Shown: piece after piece, positions 61,573 through 64,000 of the stretch
Layout: each line of letters starts with the position of its first letter
Position numbering within the stretch: the stretch's first letter is position 1
Source: Meyerozyma guilliermondii
Taxonomy: Eukaryota
DNA: 64,000 nt
Reading direction: 5' to 3'
NCBI GenBank assembly: GCA_051546255.1
Contig: CP128816.1
Coordinates: forward strand, 1,612,001-1,676,000
Translations under genes and position numbers: made by a program
The notes under the pieces: model-generated
Told to the model about the DNA's origin: nothing
Seen by the model: the letters and a program-made list of their open reading frames with translations, nothing else
The model's database searches: none

Positions 61573-64000
61573 ATGCCGCCAAAAAAATCGCTAAGAAGAA
61601 AACCACCACCAGACGTCGATGATTTGTACACCAAACAGCCTGCGGTGCCATTGCTGCCTCCGACTCTATACTCGAAGCCAAACAATGATCGTTGCGGTCC
61701 CATTGACCAAAAGTATACACACAGACTAGGTTACCCTACTGTGGATACATCAGTTTCATTTAATGCTGGAGATGATGATAGCTTTGACGAACTGATCATA
61801 TGGGATAGCCCGAAACCAATGGGTCCTAAAGAACTCCCTGAATTCCTCGACGATTCAGAAGTTGATTCCTCACAACGATATTTGTCCTCCCACCAGAGAC
61901 ACCATGAACGGCCCCAACTTCCATACCCCATAGAAGACATACGACTAACAGAATCGTTTGACGAACCCATAGATCCATATTCCAGAACTTCGCAGATTAT
62001 AGCTGACAGTTTGAATACACCTTCGAAGATTCCTCGGCTTCACGCTTCAGACTCGCTTCAGCGACCGACTTACGATTATTCAGTGGAAAGTACCCCCACG
62101 ACATCCAGTGGCATGCTGGCACCTCAGAACATACTCACTCCTCAATCATCGTCTCGAAATTTGGGAGGCTCACCAACAACGCGATACGATCGCTCCCCAT
62201 CTCCTAATCAAGTCTATGCTCGGTCACCATCATTGTTGTACAAGTATGAGGAAACTACACCTGGGTCTGATGGAACCGATCTGAATCTTTGGGAGGATTA
62301 TGAAGTTGAAGGTGGCGAAGAGCTTACTTTGCACGATCGCACTTCTGCTTGGAGCTCTGTGGAAACCGATGGTCTTGGTTCTTCATTGATACAAGACTAT
62401 TACTATGACGATGAATTTGATGACTTATACGACGATCCCGATACCCCTGCTACTAATTACTTTGACTACTCCATATTGCCCGACCTTCCAACGCCATCGC
62501 TGTCACCAACTAGTTCCCATCTTCGAAAACTGCCTACAAGACGTACTCTTGCCAAGAAAGATTCTCAATTTTCAATATCCCGCAAAAGGTTGGAAGAAGA
62601 CTTACCTCCGGTTCCTCTTGATCTCCCAAGACTTCCATTCTCGTCGTCTTCTTTGGTAGCGCAACATCTTTCTCAATGTTCATCTGTTTGGTCGTTGAGT
62701 AGTGTTCACGAATGGTGTTTAAAATTGGAGACTTGGCTACACGATGAGTTCATTTCCAAAAAAGAGTTCAAAAAAGCACTTATCAAGTTGATTGTCTTTC
62801 ATCGTCGCAACATTTCTTTAGACGTCGTTGGACGAAACGTCGACCAAATTATAACCGATTTCATATCTTCTGGGGCTGTCACCTTGGTAGCAAAAGATGG
62901 CTCTAGTGGCCCGAATGAGATGGGAGTAGTCATGCAACGTGGAGTGGCAGTCGGAGGGGTCTTGACGCAGCTTACAGATTGCTATTGCAGAGATAGAGAT
63001 CACACGATTGATCCTCGAAGTAACAAAGATATATCTTCGGCTCCCAAGCTCAGGTGCTACTCATCAAAATGCCACTTGAACAATATAATTGCCCAAGAAA
63101 CACTAATGAGAAATACCAAACTTGAAGACGTGGTACTAGAGCTTGATTGGGCTTCGCATTGGAAGTTGACAGCGGATGATCTTCGTTCCTTGGACAAATC
63201 GACAGCAAAGCGACAATCGCTCATTTTTGACCTATTAAGATACGAGCAAACATTCATTTTACGTGGTTTATGTTTCGTGGAAATCGTTGCACCTGAGTTT
63301 CTCAAAGCGACTAGGGTTCTACTTGGTGCCAACCGCTCAATAGTAGACAAGTTCCACGAGGAAGTCATCGCTCCTGGCTGGGAGGTAGTTCGCATACATA
63401 AAGAGGTCTTGTTTCAGCCATTGCTACGCATTTTGGTTGCGGAAGGTCGCTTCATCAAGAGCATTGATGAGATTTCTGCCATTTACAATGAGTGGGCAAT
63501 AGCAGTAAAGAAGAGTTTGTTGCAGTACATGAGTGCATTGCCTATGATTGAGGACTTGATGCGGTACGAACCTATCAAACGATGGGTCGACGTGGAAGTT
63601 CGTAAGTTACCTCGTGTTCAAGATTTGCAAGTCAATGGACCTCTTTTATTCATCAGTACATTCAACTCACGGTACCAGCAACTTCCTTTGCAACTCAGTG
63701 ATATCAAACTGTTGTATGACGAACAAGACTCGGAGTTCATTGCTTTGACTCAAGCTATTGAATCGGTGAAATTATTAGGTGCCAAAATCAATGATATGAA
63801 GATACATGCGGATAACATACATGCCCTTAAAAGGCTAAAAGTGGATCTACTTTGGAGGAAGGATGTCAAACAAGTGAACATCAATTTGAGTTCAGAAAAC
63901 AGGCGTCTCATTCGCCGTGGAGATATTCAAAGAAGAGGGGAATTGAAGTTTAGTACTTCCACCAGTCACTTGATTTTGTTGGACAACTACCTATTTGTCA
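61573..64000 (+). CDS. TUS1: Rho1 GEF, Tus1-like (DH-PH), 3'-truncated by the window edge; absent from the ORF track
   Basis: Open frame from ATG 61573 (MPPKKSLRRKPPP). LPPVPLDLP.LPFSSSSL, RCYSSKC, DH start KRQSLIFDLLRYEQTFI, SRYQQLPL, PH segment HLILLDNYLF. Confidence 0.8.
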   Translation, partial: MPPKKSLRRKPPPDVDDLYTKQPAVPLLPPTLYSKPNNDRCGPIDQKYTHRLGYPTVDTSVSFNAGDDDSFDELIIWDSPKPMGPKELPEFLDDSEVDSSQRYLSSHQRHHERPQLPYPIEDIRLTESFDEPIDPYSRTSQIIADSLNTPSKIPRLHASDSLQRPTYDYSVESTPTTSSGMLAPQNILTPQSSSRNLGGSPTTRYDRSPSPNQVYARSPSLLYKYEETTPGSDGTDLNLWEDYEVEGGEELTLHDRTSAWSSVETDGLGSSLIQDYYYDDEFDDLYDDPDTPATNYFDYSILPDLPTPSLSPTSSHLRKLPTRRTLAKKDSQFSISRKRLEEDLPPVPLDLPRLPFSSSSLVAQHLSQCSSVWSLSSVHEWCLKLETWLHDEFISKKEFKKALIKLIVFHRRNISLDVVGRNVDQIITDFISSGAVTLVAKDGSSGPNEMGVVMQRGVAVGGVLTQLTDCYCRDRDHTIDPRSNKDISSAPKLRCYSSKCHLNNIIAQETLMRNTKLEDVVLELDWASHWKLTADDLRSLDKSTAKRQSLIFDLLRYEQTFILRGLCFVEIVAPEFLKATRVLLGANRSIVDKFHEEVIAPGWEVVRIHKEVLFQPLLRILVAEGRFIKSIDEISAIYNEWAIAVKKSLLQYMSALPMIEDLMRYEPIKRWVDVEVRKLPRVQDLQVNGPLLFISTFNSRYQQLPLQLSDIKLLYDEQDSEFIALTQAIESVKLLGAKINDMKIHADNIHALKRLKVDLLWRKDVKQVNINLSSENRRLIRRGDIQRRGELKFSTSTSHLILLDNYLFV

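Noticed and set aside
1..64000. CRISPR arrays, rRNA genes, intact transposons, point-centromere CDEI/II/III
   Set aside because: None seen; the sequence is eukaryotic, with no spaced repeats, rDNA or CDE-like structure.

Overview
A gene-dense eukaryotic window from a budding yeast of the CUG-Ser1 clade. It looks Debaryomycetaceae/Meyerozyma-like (inference), and CTG must be read as Ser, so the supplied ORF translations mis-assign those codons. About 40 mostly housekeeping genes can be called: FAS2 (3' part), SEC7, STM1, STB3, MCM7, THO1, ASN1, RPN12, VPS28, DFG10, an FCY2-type permease, SSO1, ARG82, SUP35, LSB5, BET1, CFD1, NOP16, SGN1, PMI40, EPS1, YIA6, PIC2, AGE2, RSA3, HIF1 and a TUS1-like gene (5' part). 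There are three spliceosomal introns missed by the ORF track and one intron-containing tRNA-Lys(CTT). The most unusual part is a ~6.5 kb island (48971-55496). It holds a decayed Ty1/copia (Ty5-like) reverse-transcriptase relic and a half-dead four-gene metabolic cluster: a 2-hydroxy-acid oxidase pseudogene, an intact amino-acid permease, an intact SDR and a probable Zn2Cys6 regulator pseudogene. The island abuts genes whose S. cerevisiae orthologues flank CEN5/CEN9, so it is a candidate centromere-proximal region. Other notable items are a GCR1_C-like (Crypton-related) orphan, a Roadblock-like orphan, a probable VAB2 orthologue and a probably catalytically dead GT15 paralogue. All homology calls rest on motif recognition from memory; no searches were run and no novel system is proven.
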